Source of the DNA: Octopus vulgaris
Taxonomy: Eukaryota
Direction of reading: 5' to 3'
Assembly: GCA_951406725.2 (NCBI GenBank)
Contig: OX597823.1
Coordinates: 7,068,001-7,132,000, forward strand
Length of the DNA: 64,000 nucleotides
The notes under the pieces were generated by a model. It made no database searches and was not told the origin of the DNA. It saw nothing but the letters and a program-made list of their open reading frames with translations. The translations under genes and the position numbers were made by a program. Shown one piece after another: positions 38,989 to 52,907 of this stretch. The number at the start of each line of letters is the position of its first letter. Position 1 is the first letter of the stretch.

Positions 38989-39519
38989 CATATTGATTTT
39001 AGAAAATTACAATTAAATTGTTTAAACTTTTCTACTTTTCTTTTGTAATTCTTTATTTTACCATTTCTATTTCATTTCACTAAACATTACTCTTGACGCA
39101 ATATACAGCAAACTAAGATGGTCGACACCTCTTACTTTGCAACGTTCTTAATATTCTGGCATTCAAAAGAAAATTTAACAATGTTTAAAGAAAGTGATAG
39201 AATGTAATAAACACACATTACTGACAGCAATGTGGTAGAAATGGATCCAAATGTTCGGTCTTTAATTATATCGGAGAATGATTTCTAACATATACGCAAT
39301 ATCTGAAATTTGGGGTTGGGGTTAGGGGATTACATCAACCTGAGTGATTCACTGGTATTTATCTTTATTGACACCAGAAGAATGAAAAGCCGGGTCAACT
39401 TTGATAGGATGTAAAGGGCTCTAACTAAATGCCAGAAGGTATTTTGTCTGATGTTCTACTGATGCTGCCAATCCATCACCATCAGAATGGTAGTAGTAGT
39501 AGTAGTAGTAGTAAGTGAA

Positions 39520-39855
39520 GGTGCATGGCTCAGTGGTTAGAGCGTTGAACTTACGATCGTGAGGTTGTGAGCTTGAATCCCAGACCTGGGCTGCGTGTTG
39601 TGTTCTTGAGCAAGACACTTTATTTCACGTTGTTCCAGTTCACTCAACTGCAGAAATGAATTCTGACGTCACAGGTGCCAAGCTGTATCAGCCCCTTTGC
39701 CTTTCCCTTGGATAACACCGGTGGCATGGAGAGGGGAGGCCAGTATGCATGGGTGACTGCTGGTCTTCCATAAACAACCTTGCCCGGACTTGTGCCTGAG
39801 AAGGTAAGTTTCTAGGCGCAATCCCAAAGTCTGTGTCGTGACCGAAGGGGGTCTC
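39520..39855 (+). mobile_element. Distinct tRNA-derived SINE (family D) inserted in (TAG)n
   Basis: A box TGGCTCAGTGG, B-box-like GCTTGAATCCC, CORE-like GTGTTCTTGAGCAAGACACTT; (TAG)n on both sides. Confidence 0.8.
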
Positions 39856-39887
<32 letters not shown>

Positions 39888-39992
39888 CAGTAGTAATTGC
39901 TGTTTGTTTCAGATTGAAACTGAAACGAATGTTGCAGGCTAAAGCTACAAAAATTAAGAGCTATGATCAAAGAATTGAACTATATAAGATCA

Positions 39993-40266
39993 TTATTTAC
40001 ATTATTTACATCTGACAGATATTTGTCCTCATCTTGTTTTTTGTTAACACAACGTTTCAGCTGATATACCCTCCAGCCTTCATCAGGTGTCTTGGGGAAA
40101 TTTCGAACCTGGATTCTCATTCCTAAGGTATTTTTTGAAAAATACAAATTTCCCCAAGACACCTGAAGAAGGCTGGAAGGTATATCAGCCAAAACAAGAT
40201 GAGGATAAATATCTGTCAATTGTAAGTAATGTACATAATTCCTCATCTCTTAAATATAAAACTGTA
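39993..40266. mobile_element. Penelope-like pLTR inverted fragment inserted in the R4 LINE
   Basis: Inverted arms about 39995-40103 and 40146-40233; direct repeat ATATAAGATCA at 39982-39992 and 40267-40277. Confidence 0.75.
40046..40091 (-). ncRNA. Minimal type I hammerhead ribozyme motif, dimer type
   Basis: Minus strand GACAC-CTGATGA-A-GGCTG-loop-CAGCT-GAAA-CGTT-GTGTT; 5-bp stem I, palindromic ACGU stem III, GUU triplet. Confidence 0.7.
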
Positions 40267-40999
40267 ATATAAGATCAATAGATTGTTCCAACAGAATCTG
40301 AAAAGGGTTTATCAGCAACTGAACAGAAAGGTTAGCAGCAGTGAAAAACCTGACGCTGAAGAAAGTTGGAGATTTTGGAGTGACATCCAGGATAACAGAA
40401 ACAACCATAAGAAAGATCCTGAATGGTTGAAACAATTAAGATGGAGAAAAATGAAGTGAAAATGATATTAGAATAACAATTGAAATGGTGACTGAACAGA
40501 CAATGAAGGCTCCAAACTAGAAATAATCAGGTCCTGATGGGATACAAGGATACTAACTAAAAAATGACCTAGGATTACATGAAAGAATAGCTACACAGAT
40601 AGATGAAATGATGAACAAATGGGTGAAAACCCTGAAGTGGCTGACCACAGGGAAAATGGTTCTTTGGCAAAAGGATCCCAGTAAATGTGGATAATTACTG
40701 GCTAGTCTCCTACCTACCCTTAAGGTGGAAGTTGATGACAGGAATATCTAATTGTGTGTATGACTTGAAGTGAATGATAAGCTGTCAGTGGAACAGAAAG
40801 GATGCGGGGGATAAGCTGAGGGACAAAAGATCAAATTCTGATGAACAGATTGACACGCAACAACTGTAAGAAAGGACATACTAATCTGGGTATTGTGTGG
40901 ATTGGTTATAAGAAAGCTTATGACATGGTCCCCCATTCCTGGATTTTAGAAAGTTTCCAGTTAGTACAGATGTCTGATAACATTTTGAATTTTATTCGT

Positions 41000-41305
41000 A
41001 GCCGTTGCCAGCCATACGTGGCCATTGCCATCCTCACCTGGCCCCCGTGCTGGTGGCACGTAAAAAGCACCATCCGTCCGTGGCCGTTTGCCAGCTCCAT
41101 CTGGCACCTGTGTGGGTGGCACGTAAAAAGCACCCACTACACTCACGGAGTGGTTGGCGTTAGGAAGGGCATCCAGCAGTAGAAACACTTCCAGATCAGA
41201 CTGGGCCTGATGCAGCCTTCTGGCTTCACAGACCCCAGTTGAACCGTCCACCCCATGCTAGCATGGAAAACGGACACTAAATGATGATGATGATGATGAT
41301 GATAA
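41000..41305 (+). mobile_element. RTE 3'-UTR-type element (family C) nested in the R4 LINE
   Basis: Hairpin units, AGGAAGGGCATCCAGC, (GAT)n; splits the RT reading frame. Confidence 0.85.
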
Positions 41306-42354
41306 TGAAGAATTGGAATACAGAGTTAACATCATGTGGAAGCTAACATCAGGAGAAGAATGTTTAGGGAGATAGTTTGTCACTATTGCTGTTTGTGATT
41401 TGTATGATACCCCTCATGCAGATGTTGCTGCAAGTGACATCAGGGTACACCTTGAAAAGTGGAGAAAAGTTAAAGCACCTGTTGTATATGGATGTTTTAA
41501 AGATCTTCGCTGAGAGTAAGCATGGAATAGATGGTCTGGTTTTGACAGTGCAGATACTCGGTAAAGATATCAGGATGGAAACTGAGATTAATAAGTGTGG
41601 TGTGTTTATCATAAAAAAGGCAAAGTTTTGTCATCTGATGGTGCAGAACTACCCAATAGTGAGAGAATTAAGGATGTTGAGGTGGAAAGATACAAATATC
41701 TGGGTATTTTGGAGTATGATAAAACCATGGAGATTGAGATGAAGGAAAGTTTTAGGTGAGAATACCTTTGGAGAATCAAATTAATTATGGAGAGTAGACT
41801 CAATGGAAAGAACAAGATCAGGGCAATGGATAAATGGGCTGTCCCCTTGATGTGATATGGCACAGGTGTCGTTAGCTGAACAAAGCTTGAGGAAATGGAT
41901 TGAAAGACCAAGAAAATGTTGACAGTGAACCCTAAAAGTGGATAGATAGCATGCATCTAGAAACAAGGAAGGAAGAGGTGTCACAGGATGCAAGATCTGT
42001 GTTGTAAACAATCTGGTATGGTACATCAAACAACAGATTGAACCTTTGGTTGTTGCTCATTGAAATAGCATGATACCTGGTGAAAATGTGACACACCCAA
42101 AAATATTTAGGAAACAAGACGGAGAACAAAAATTGAGCAACTGCAATGTGAAAATGGCAATACCGCAGAGAAATGAAAGTGATCTGAAAGGATGCACTGA
42201 GGCATTGATATGCAGCTCTCAGAAACACACTCTGAGAACTAATTAGTTATCCATAGGTTATACTAATCATAATTACCCTTTTCCTTTCAAACTCTTGAAG
42301 AGATATTCACACTGTGATACCTACGATTCTGTATACTACCAAGACATTTTATTC

Positions 42355-42401
<47 letters not shown>

Positions 42402-43097
42402 TAACTTGGTAATGTATCAGTTATTGAATTTGCGTACCACAATGCCAGAGTTGCAAGAGTGTAGAATCTTTTACTAGTAGAAAATTTATATATTATAACT
42501 GCTTTATATGACTTTGAACAAAAGACAAGAGTTTCTTTCCAAATGAAGACTGTAAAAAATTACACCTAATAAAACGAAAAATTAATGTTGTGACAACTTG
42601 GTATATACACAAAACTACACAGACCAAATCCAGTGGTTACCGAATACATAAATACAAGAACTCTAATAAGTGATAATGGTCAAAGACTATGCATTTAAAA
42701 TATCAAATAAGGATTGGAAAAGAGAAAACAAGTCATTTGATAATAGATCTTAGCTACAGGTAACTTGAGTAATGGAATTTTAAATCTCCAAATATAATAA
42801 TTATATATACTAGCATGAATATTAAGTACTTTCTTTGTTTAGTATCCTGTAACCAATGATGCTATAGTTCACAAACTGCATTATAAAATAAAAATCAAAG
42901 AATTTGTAAAGTATCATCATTTCTACTGCATCTTATTAAATGGTCTGTCTACACTTGAGCAGTTAATAACATATTCTTTAATTCACCAAATTCTGAACAC
43001 TTCATTATAGTCAGAAAACCCCAAACAAAATGTCATATTGATCTCAAAAGAAATAACCAAAAAAGCAAAAAAAAACACCCCTGTGGTTATAGTTACA

Positions 43098-43294
43098 GAT
43101 GCCGGTGGCATGTAAAAGCACCCACTACACTCTCGGAGTGGTTGGTGTTAGGGAGGGCATCCAGCTGTAGAAACTCTGCCAGATCAAGACTGGAGCCTGG
43201 TGCAGCCATCTAGTTTGCCAGCCCTCAGTCAACCCATCCAACCCATGTTAGCATGGAAAGCAGATGATAAACGATAATGATGATGATGATGATG
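43098..43294 (+). mobile_element. RTE 3'-UTR-type element (family C), short
   Basis: GCCGGTGGCATGTAAAAGCACCCACTACAC...(GAT)n. Confidence 0.85.
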
Positions 43295-43776
43295 TATTTT
43301 TCCCTGAACACATTCACAGACTCTCCACTAATTGCTGAGAGCTCAATGGCTTGGTTATTGTGAACCTTTGCAGTGAGAAATCAAATCTCCTGGAAATCCC
43401 TTATCCTAATTAGACTGTTGCTCAAACTTTAATTTCTTTATCTACCTGAAGGTGAAAGTTCTTTATAAAGAACATGACCCCTATCAGAGATCTGGACTAC
43501 TGGGAACACCAGTGCACATTTATGCCTCAACTCTCAAATATGTTGTCGAAAACATAACTCCAATATGTATGCAAGTCTTTCATTTGTAAACACATTGAAA
43601 GTTCTTTCATGCCGTAGAGTAATAAGGAAGGTAATTTCAGATCCTCAAGTTTCTTTCTTTATGACCTTCCTTCTTTATTATATGAATAATCCATATTGCA
43701 AGTGATTAGCATTTAGAGGAGCACAACTAAATACTTTCCTTCTAAAGGGGCTAAGAAGTTTCATTGGCATTTTACA

Positions 43777-44150
43777 TCATCATCATCATTTAACGTCCGT
43801 TTTCCATGCTAGTATGGGTTGGACAGTTCGACTGGGGTCTGGTAAGCCATGGAGGCTGCACCAGGCTCTAGTCTGTTTTAGCAGTGTTTCTACCACTGAT
43901 GCCCTTCCTAACACCAACCACTCCGTGAGTGTAATGGGTGTTTTTTATGTGCCACGGCACAGGGGCCAGAGCAGGCTGGCAAACGGCCATGATCGGATGG
44001 TGTGCCTTTACGTGTCACCAACATGGACACCACTCAGGCGGCGCTAGTATCTGCCATGTTCGGACGGTGCTTTTTACGTGTCACCGGCACGGGTGTCTTA
44101 ACTACAATTTCCATTTGAATTTTTATTTTGACGTTGACATTCTCGACTCA
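43777..44150 (-). mobile_element. RTE 3'-UTR-type element (family C)
   Basis: (CAT)n TTAACGTCCGTTTTCCATGC...GATGCCCTTCCTAACACC. Confidence 0.85.
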
Positions 44151-44553
44151 AAAAACCTTAAAAACTTATAACTTTCTATTATGTGCAAAAAGTTATTGCT
44201 ATGGTAAAGTGGTATAGTAGCTTCCACCAACTTGCTGTTCCCCAATTAATGATGCTAAACATGGGAAAATTTCATCCCCCAGGATATACAGCAGTGGATG
44301 ATACCAGAACAGTACCACTAAACTCAGTGCTTCAATATGAACTCACATGCAGCGGCTAAAATGAAATAAAAAGGTATGCGTGTATGTGTATATATAAGCA
44401 CATTATAAGTATTGTTGGTCAGTTTGTAGCAAGCAACCATGTGGTTACTGATGGTGGGACCATACGATTAGTAGAGTCAAATTTATTGACTATTTTGAGT
44501 TGAATAGATTTTCAAATTTCACAATTTCACACACATACACATACATGCACACA

Positions 44554-44609
<56 letters not shown>

Positions 44610-44939
44610 CACGCACACATTGTTGTGTCAGTGACTTCAAGGTTTTGGCTGGCTAAGCCATCATCAGATGGTGGTTTATAGCTGGCTGAAACTTCAAAGT
44701 CACTGTCAATAACATTGTTGTATGAGAAAGATAAATTTGTTCTCTAGAAAAGTATAGAGTCACCCACCAGACTAATGTAAAATTGTCTTTATTGTAACTG
44801 AACATAAAAACAAGCATTAATATATATATATATATATGTATGTATATAATTATTAATTGTTTGTAGGATTCATTTGAATCAAGATATTTTAGAAACAAGG
44901 ACACCAAGTTAGGGTCGAGATTAGCATAGACATGCATAT

Positions 44940-45265
<326 letters not shown>

Positions 45266-47390
45266 ATGTACATACATTTTCTACTGAGAAAATATATTCT
45301 TAAACACTCACATAAATATACATGGATGCCCAAGCATCATTTATATTTCTGTATTAAGATACATATACCTACATATCTACACATTCTGTTATGCATACAC
45401 TTCAAATGTTACACTAAGAAAAGTTTCTCTTGAAACAAAATAGATGATACTGCTAATGATGATGACTAATCAACAAAACTTCTGTTTTCAAAACAGGAGA
45501 AATTCATATGAGTAAGATCTGTTCAGCTACTATGTTATTTTGTCTATAATGATTAAATTACAACGATACTTTGATTAAACTTAAAAGACCAGTCAATAAA
45601 AGCTCCAACATGTTTATTTTGTTAAAAACTCCAGTAAGAGAAGTAAAAAAGTTTGATTGCATTTTGAATAAATTAATATTGTAAAAAAAAATTAAATAAT
45701 ATCTTTAAAATACAATAAAGACAAAAGAGAAAGTAAAAGTATCATCAGAGAACTGATTCTTTTTAGCAAGTTTGTCGTGGTTAACAGTCATATCTTAGAA
45801 GCTTTCAAAGTAAATAAATAAAAGAAACAAATAAAATAGCTGCATCCAACTACTTTAAAGCACCTCGTGATGTCAAGTCACGAGAGAATGGAGACGTGGA
45901 TAAAGAAAGATTAGGATCTAAAGTCATATGCTGACATCAATAATGAAGAGGAAAGTAACATTTATATAAACTTTTGTGAAAGTGTAGTGTGAAGATAGTA
46001 AGCAATAAAAACTAACGAGAGTGACAAATTAGAATAAGAAAATAAAAATTAGAATCCTTTCATGATACCAAATAATCAGATATTTCAACATGCATTTAAA
46101 GAACAATTAAACAGGCTTAAATCTTACAAGGAATCACTGTTAATGTCATGAAGATATATTGGCATGCTCAAGGGTACATGTTGAGAGGGGAGTTGAGTTT
46201 AAGCAAGCAGAGATATGGTTAGATCTCTCAGCAGGATGCACGAATGAAATACTTCTACCAAGCAAATGAGTACAGAAACAAAACAGCAAAAATCTTTCCC
46301 AAATTTTAAAAATATTTTCAAGATTTCATTTGAAATCCATTTGTATTTAAGGGATATAATTTGTTTATATTTTTAATCATTGTTTTGTTATTTCTTATAA
46401 TTATTTCAGTATACATGAAGATGTTTATTCTTAATAGGTTAATGGATAAATTCTGAAATACAGAATAAAACTTTGATGTACATATGAAAAGCATTTTAGG
46501 GTAGATTTTAAAATCTATTGTTAGTTTTACATTCCATATAGATATTTCTTAACATATAGTTCTGTGCATTTTCTTTACTTACAAACTTGAAATTCACTTG
46601 AAATTTTGTAAGCACATCTTATTAATGTGTTCAGCTTATCATGTTGACAAAAATTGTAGCTTAAAGTTATTCTATAATTACTCAGCTAACATGGTGTCAA
46701 GTAAAATGGTTGGAATCTATTTTCAGTAAAGCTGATTAAATACGATGTCTTGTTGATCTGTACATTATATAGAGCAGCACATTAAACACCCATATTTCAC
46801 GTGAAATAAAACCCTTGGCACACATCTCCGTGATATAGAGAAACTTATCCTTGTTTATATCTATTCTTAATTAATCTTCATGGAGAGAACTTATTTTATT
46901 TAGATTTAAGCATAACTAACCCGGGAAACTACAATGTATTGATGACTAACTACTCCTTAACTGTAAAATACTATGGCTGAGCAATATTAAGAAAAAATAA
47001 TTGGAAATTATTTTTTACGATGCCAAAATTAAAAAAGAAAGAGAGAAAGAAAAGGAAAAAAAAAAGGAAATTATTTCTCCCTAGTGCTTGAAACCATTCC
47101 ACTTTTTAAAAGCTTGATGCTATTTCTCATAGTGTGTTGTTGATCACAGCCATAATTCTTACAAACACCCCCCCCCCACACACACATTTATATGTATAAG
47201 AAATTATGACAAATAAAAGTTTATATCATTTGCTCCATATGTATGTTTCACTGTTGTAATTGTTTAGAGCCTCTGTGTTGGATGTTCCAATCACTATGGA
47301 TCATCAGGTGCATTACATTGCAGGAATGAAATATTTGAAGTTGGACAGATGGCAAGATGTTTTTATATATATATATATATATGTATATAT

Positions 47391-47474
<84 letters not shown>

Positions 47475-47598
47475 CCGAAATTATACGATGATCCGGTTCT
47501 TGACTGAAGACTGAGGGTTTCGAATGTCCTGTCCGTGTTTATTGTATCGTCTTCTAAGAGTTATACGTTCTTGTCCATGTTGTATTTTTCTACATACC

Positions 47599-47671
<73 letters not shown>

Positions 47672-47675
<4 letters not shown>

Positions 47676-48077
47676 AGGAGTGGCTGTGTGGTAAGTAGCT
47701 TGCTAACCAACCACATGGTTCCGGGTTCAGTCCCACTGCGTGGCTTCTTGGGCAAGTGTCTTCTGCTATAGCCCCTGGCTGACCAATGCCTTGTGAGTGG
47801 ATTTGGTAGGCGGAAACTGAAAGAAGCCTGTCGTATATATGTATATATAAGTGTGTGTGTATATGTTTGTGTGTCTGTGTTTGTACCCCCTAGCATTGCT
47901 TGACAACCGATGCTGGTGTGTTTACGTCCCCGTTACTTAGCGGTTCGGCAAAAGAGACCGATAGAATAAGTACTGGGCTTACAAAGAATAAGTCCCGGGG
48001 TCGATTTGCTTGACTAAAGGCGGTGCTCCAGCATGGCCGCAGTCAAATGACTGAAACAAGTAAAAGAGTAAAAGAGT
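47672..48077 (+). mobile_element. SINE family A, full length, after (TA)n
   Basis: Complete match to the other copies. Confidence 0.92.
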
Positions 48078-48210
48078 ATATAGATAATTATTTATACCTA
48101 CACACACACATATACACGCATATATATATATATGTATGCATGTATATGTGTGCATGCATGTGTAATGTATACATACATACACACATATAGGTATACATAT
48201 ACATACATAC

Positions 48211-48345
48211 ATTTATGATGAAGAGCTCCGCTCAAAACGTTAAATCCTCCTTGTTTCTTTCCTTTCCTGAGCGTCCAATAACACTATACTTGTTCCATGT
48301 TCTCGCGTTGTTGTGTTTTCTCTTTGTGTTTTCATGTTTGGATTA

Positions 48346-48350
<5 letters not shown>
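48211..48350 (+). mobile_element. Penelope-like pLTR fragment with degenerate hammerhead motif (48211-48245)
   Basis: ATTT-ATGATGA-A-GAGC-TCC-GCTC-AAAA-CGTT-AAAT: stems retained, two core substitutions; between microsatellites. Confidence 0.5.
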
Positions 48351-48431
<81 letters not shown>

Positions 48432-48744
48432 CATCAAAAGAGAGGGAGATAGAGAGTAATCTGTTTATCATACTTAAAGCAGATACATCATGGAAATCTT
48501 CATTAACAGCAACTACTAGGCAATTTTTGTCTGCCGCATATATATTTTTGTGTTTTTCACACTATACATCTATAACATACACTATCTCAGGTCAAATACT
48601 GCATTTAATCAGGATTTCAACGATGTATTTGCTTTAAGTATGATACTCAGATTGATCTTTTAAACTAACCCTGATTCTGTTGCACATAATGAATATAGAT
48701 GTATGTGTGTATAGGCATAAATAATTATTTATGTATTTATATAT

Positions 48745-49755
48745 AGAAGAGGTGCAGTGATATGAAAAGAAGGCTAACAGAGAATATAGTCTTTGTGTGT
48801 GGCAAATGTGAAGGTACAATAAGCACTGAAAATACACCGATAACAGACTCCCTCAAATGCTTGGATGGGTCATTAGAAGCAGTAGATAGCTTCTGTTACC
48901 TAGGAGACCAAGTTAACAGTGGGAGAGGGAGTTCTGAAAGTGTTGTTGCTAGGATAAGAATGGGTTTGGTGAAGTTCAAAGAGCTTCTATCTTTGCTGGT
49001 AAGTAAGGGCTTCTCCGTCAGAGTGAAAGGCAGATTACACAATGCCCTTGTACGTACAGCTATGTTACATGGCAGTGAAATATGGGCTTTGACTACAGAG
49101 GACTTGTGAAGACCCAGAAGAAATGAAGTTATCATGCTCCACTGGTTGGATAATGTCAGTGTGCATGTACAACAGAGTGTATATTATTAAAGAGGAAAAC
49201 TGAGTATAAGAGGCATCAGATTCTGTGTGTAAGAGAGAAAACTGCGCTGGTTTGGTCATGCGATGTGTATGAATGAGGACAGCTGCATAAAGAAGTACTG
49301 AGCTCTAATTGTTGAGGGTATCTGTGGAAGGAATAGATCCAGGAAGTCATGGGATGAACTGGTGAGAAAGGATCCTCAGACACTGGGCCTCACTGAGGAA
49401 ATGACAAGGGACCAGGAGATGTGGCAATTTGCTGTACTTGATAAGAATTGTCAAGCTAAGTAAAATCGCTGTCTGCCACATGTACAGGCTTGTCCTCTCA
49501 GGTGCCGGTGCCACATAAAAACCATCCATGCCAGTACTGCATTAATGCATCCATGACGGTGTTGCATAAAGAAACCTGTGCTGGTAACACATAAAAAGCA
49601 CCCAGCACACTCTGTTAAGTAGTTGGTGTTAGGAAGGGCATCCAGCCATAGAAACCATGCCACAACAGACAGCCGGAGTCTGGACAGCTCCATGTCAAAC
49701 TGAACAACCCATGCCAGCATGGAAAGCGGACATTAAATTATGATGATGATGATGA
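48745..49755 (+). mobile_element. 5'-truncated RTE LINE with ORF C-terminus and 3' UTR
   Basis: LEAVDSFCYLG, KGRLHNALVRTAMLHGSEIW, LRWFGH; 3' end AGGAAGGGCATCCAGCC...(GAT)n. Confidence 0.9.
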
Positions 49756-49944
49756 TATGTAAGTGTGTGTGTGTGTGTGTGTGTGTTAGTTTGTTCTCTA
49801 CCATTACCTTGCATCTAGTGTTCATTTGCTTACATCCCATTTACTGGGATCAATTTGTCTGATTAAACCCTTCATGGTGGTGCCATGGGATGACCACAAT
49901 CCAATGGCCAAAACAAGGAAAAGATAAATGATAAAAAAGATATA

Positions 49945-50370
49945 TAGCCACAACTGTGTGGTAAGAAGTTTGTTTCAAAATCACATGGTCCCAGGTTCAG
50001 TCCCACTGCATGACACCTTGGGCAAGTGTCTTCTGCTATAGCTGCAGACTGACCAAAACCTTGAGAGTGGATTTGGTTCATGGAAAGTGTAAGAAGCTTG
50101 ATGTATACATACATGTGTGAGTGTGTGTGTGTGTGTGTGTGTATGTGTGTGTGTATGTGTATGTATGTGTTTGTTCTCCAGCACTATTTGATAGTTGGTG
50201 TTAGTGTGTGTATGTCCTCATAACTTAGCAGTTTGTCTAAAGTGACCAATAGAATAAGTAACAGTCTTTAAAATACAATAAGTCACAGAGTTGATTCATT
50301 CAACTAAAAATTCTTCAAGGCAGTGCCCCAGCATGGCCACAGTTTACTGACAAAAACTAGTAATAGATAA
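49945..50370 (+). mobile_element. SINE family A, diverged
   Basis: GTGTGGTAAGAAG head...GTGCCCCAGCATGGCC tail. Confidence 0.8.
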
Positions 50371-50399
50371 AATTCAAACGATGCATTTGAATAAAATGT

Positions 50400-50456
<57 letters not shown>

Positions 50457-50472
50457 CACATACATATATACA

Positions 50473-50633
50473 ATGGGCTTCTTTCAGTTTCCGCCTACCA
50501 AATCCACTCACAAGGCTTTGGTCAGCCTGAGGCTATAGTAGAAGACACTGGCCCAAGGTGCCACGCAGTGGGACTGATCATGGAACCATGTGGTTGGTTA
50601 GCTAGCTACTTACCACACAGCCACTCCTACGCC
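50473..50633 (-). mobile_element. SINE family A 5' half
   Basis: GGGCTTCTTTCAGTTTCC...ACCACACAGCCACTCC. Confidence 0.85.
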
Positions 50634-51018
50634 TATATAGATATAAATATAAGAGCCTGTGATCAAGGTGTGGGAAGTGAGTTAGCCTTTAGCAATCTGT
50701 AGTAAATATAAAAAACAGCTTTCAGGGACAAAAGTGCTCTACTGAGATGAAAAGGTGTGGATTTTTGTCATATCAAAGTATGATAAACTGAAAAAAGTTC
50801 TTTTTATATTTCACGGTAGGTTCCCAGGTATTCAAATAAGAATACAAAAGTTAAGGAATGGAATGTTTCGTAGTGAGCAGGTCTTCAAAAGTGTGGTAAA
50901 TATCCAAGCAAGGTGCATACCACAGCTTACTCTTCAGGCTAAGGATATCTTGATTAAATGAAAGTTTACATTGTCACGAAGTGGTGCATGTTTACACATG
51001 GAAAATTCAATCAGAATG

Positions 51019-52020
51019 ACATCTTTGTGTGAGGAGTGCAAACATGCTTTGTATTCCTGCTTGGTTGAAGACATCTTTCTTGGGGACACGATTCTGACAT
51101 TTGATGCCATGGATTTTCCGGAGGCAAAGCAGGTGAAAGATATTTAGGTGATGCTCTTGGCATGTGTATGGCGTCAAGGTCTCACTGCCATGCAGTAGTG
51201 TTAAGTACACATGCCTGGTAAATCTTCATTTTTGTGGTCTTGGTCAGCTTATTGTTGTCCCATGCCCATTTGGAGAGTTGTGTATATTGAGCTTAGCATC
51301 AAGGGATAGGTTGTAGGTGACGGTAGAGCCAAGATAGGTAAACTTCTCCACCTCTTGTAGTGTGTGGTCTCTAATATGTATGTTTGGGATGTCCGATGTA
51401 GCACGACCCACGATTTTGGTCTTCTTGAGGCTGATAACTAAGCCAAAGTCACAACATGCTTGCTCAAAGCAATTGATGAGCCTTTGCAGGGCTTCTTCTG
51501 TGTGTGATACCAGAGCAGCAGCATCAGTAAAGAGCATCTCCTTGATCAGGATGTATGAGATGGCTTGGACATGTTAGTCATATGGAAGATGGCAGAATCC
51601 CCAAGGACATACTCTACGGAGAGATTGGTCGGGGCACTAGGTCTGTTGGAAGACCGTTCTTACGATACAAGGATGTTTGCAAAAGGGACATGAAGGCCTG
51701 CGACATCAATATTAGCAACTGGGAAGTGGTTGCCAGCAACCGTGGAGATTGGTGACGCACCATAGAAGAGGGAGCACAAAGGAGTGACAGAAGGAGAGAG
51801 GAGAAATGGAAAGACAAGAAAAGACGTCAACAAGAAACTATGACATTACAACCAGCCAGGCAAAGTCTTCGCTACATTTGCGGCAGCTGCCAGAGGGAGT
51901 GTTTGTCCAGGATAGGACTACACAGCCACAGCATGAAATGAAAAAAATCGGACTAGATTATTTTATGCGTACAACTCCATTATCTCCCGAGACAAAAGGA
52001 TGCCAACAACAACAACAACA
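51019..52020 (+). mobile_element. RTE/BovB-like LINE with inverted 5' segment (51019-51552 minus, 51553-52020 plus)
   Basis: Minus: MLFTDAAAL...KFTYLGS...LLHGSET...MFALLTQR; plus: RWLGHVSHMEDGRIPKDILYGE; (CAA)n tail. Confidence 0.9.
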
Positions 52021-52035
52021 ATATGTATATCAATA

Positions 52036-52377
52036 TCTATAAATCTGAAATGCGAAAAGTTTGTTTGTCTGGTTTTGGCACTGGAACGGGTTAAAGGGCA
52101 CTAGATCCCGTCGGATTGACTCCAAAATTTACAGGGACATGTAAAATGAGGTGAGGGTGTGAGAGGGCTAGGTTAAAAACCCCTATCTTAAAGGGTGTCG
52201 TTACAAGGGCAACAAACGCACACTTTGACAAGTCTCCTCTCATTCTCTTATCTGCATGTCTTCCTCTGTCTCTCTCTATTTCCTCCCTTCCCATCACTTT
52301 CTCTCGATAAGGACGTTTGACAGATACTACTATCTTTCCCCACCACCTACACCAGTGCTGTCACTCTTTCCCTCACT

Positions 52378-52410
<33 letters not shown>

Positions 52411-52860
52411 CGTCTGTCTGCATTCATAGAGTTTTATTATCGCCACCATCACCACACGATCATGAGAACAAATATTATGAATCAGATATCTATTGGGTTA
52501 ATTTATATATGTGCGTGTTTGTGTGTATCTATATATGAATATGTACATATAATGTATATATATATAAAAAAGTATACATATATATATATTTATATATATA
52601 TAATTTGTATACATTTGTATATATAATGCGTACACACACACACATATATAATGCGTATATATGTACATATATATATTTAATGCTTATATATATATATATT
52701 ATGTGTGCATTATGTGGTTGGTTGAGCTGAAAATATGCACACCTATGTTAAAAGTGCTGGTGAGTTTGCATGGCAACTTTGAGTTTGCTCAATTGAAAGG
52801 TGTGGCCTCTGGGGCAAAATTTCTCATCTTTAAAGTGTGGCCCGCGTAGACCCGAATGAA
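52036..52860 (+). mobile_element. Helitron-like non-autonomous fragments
   Basis: A|TCTATAAA start; modules similar to 52908-53628 (GAGCTGAAAAT, GGTTAAAA); no clear 3' end. Confidence 0.35.
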
Positions 52861-52907
52861 ATTGAGTTATAATACCGAAACAAATAAAACAATGATAAAC
52901 TCTGCTA

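Larger units (their letters stand above)
39910..42245 (+). mobile_element. Decayed R4/Dong-like LINE, pre-RT and RT region
   Basis: INRLFQQNLKRVYQQL, WIGYKKAYDMVPHSWI, GDSLSLLLFVICMIPL, HLLYMDVLKIFA, YKYLG motifs. Confidence 0.85.

Noticed and set aside
39520-39595. tRNA gene
   Set aside because: A/B boxes are present but run into a SINE body; no convincing cloverleaf. The same applies to SINE A and B heads
45864-45884. CTCGTGA-N7-TCACGAG palindrome as a regulatory site
   Set aside because: A single 7-bp stem is expected by chance in 64 kb
47471-47600. CTGAAGA...CGAATGTC as a hammerhead
   Set aside because: No GAAA core and no convincing stem II or stem I; only a repeat-like fragment between TA tracts
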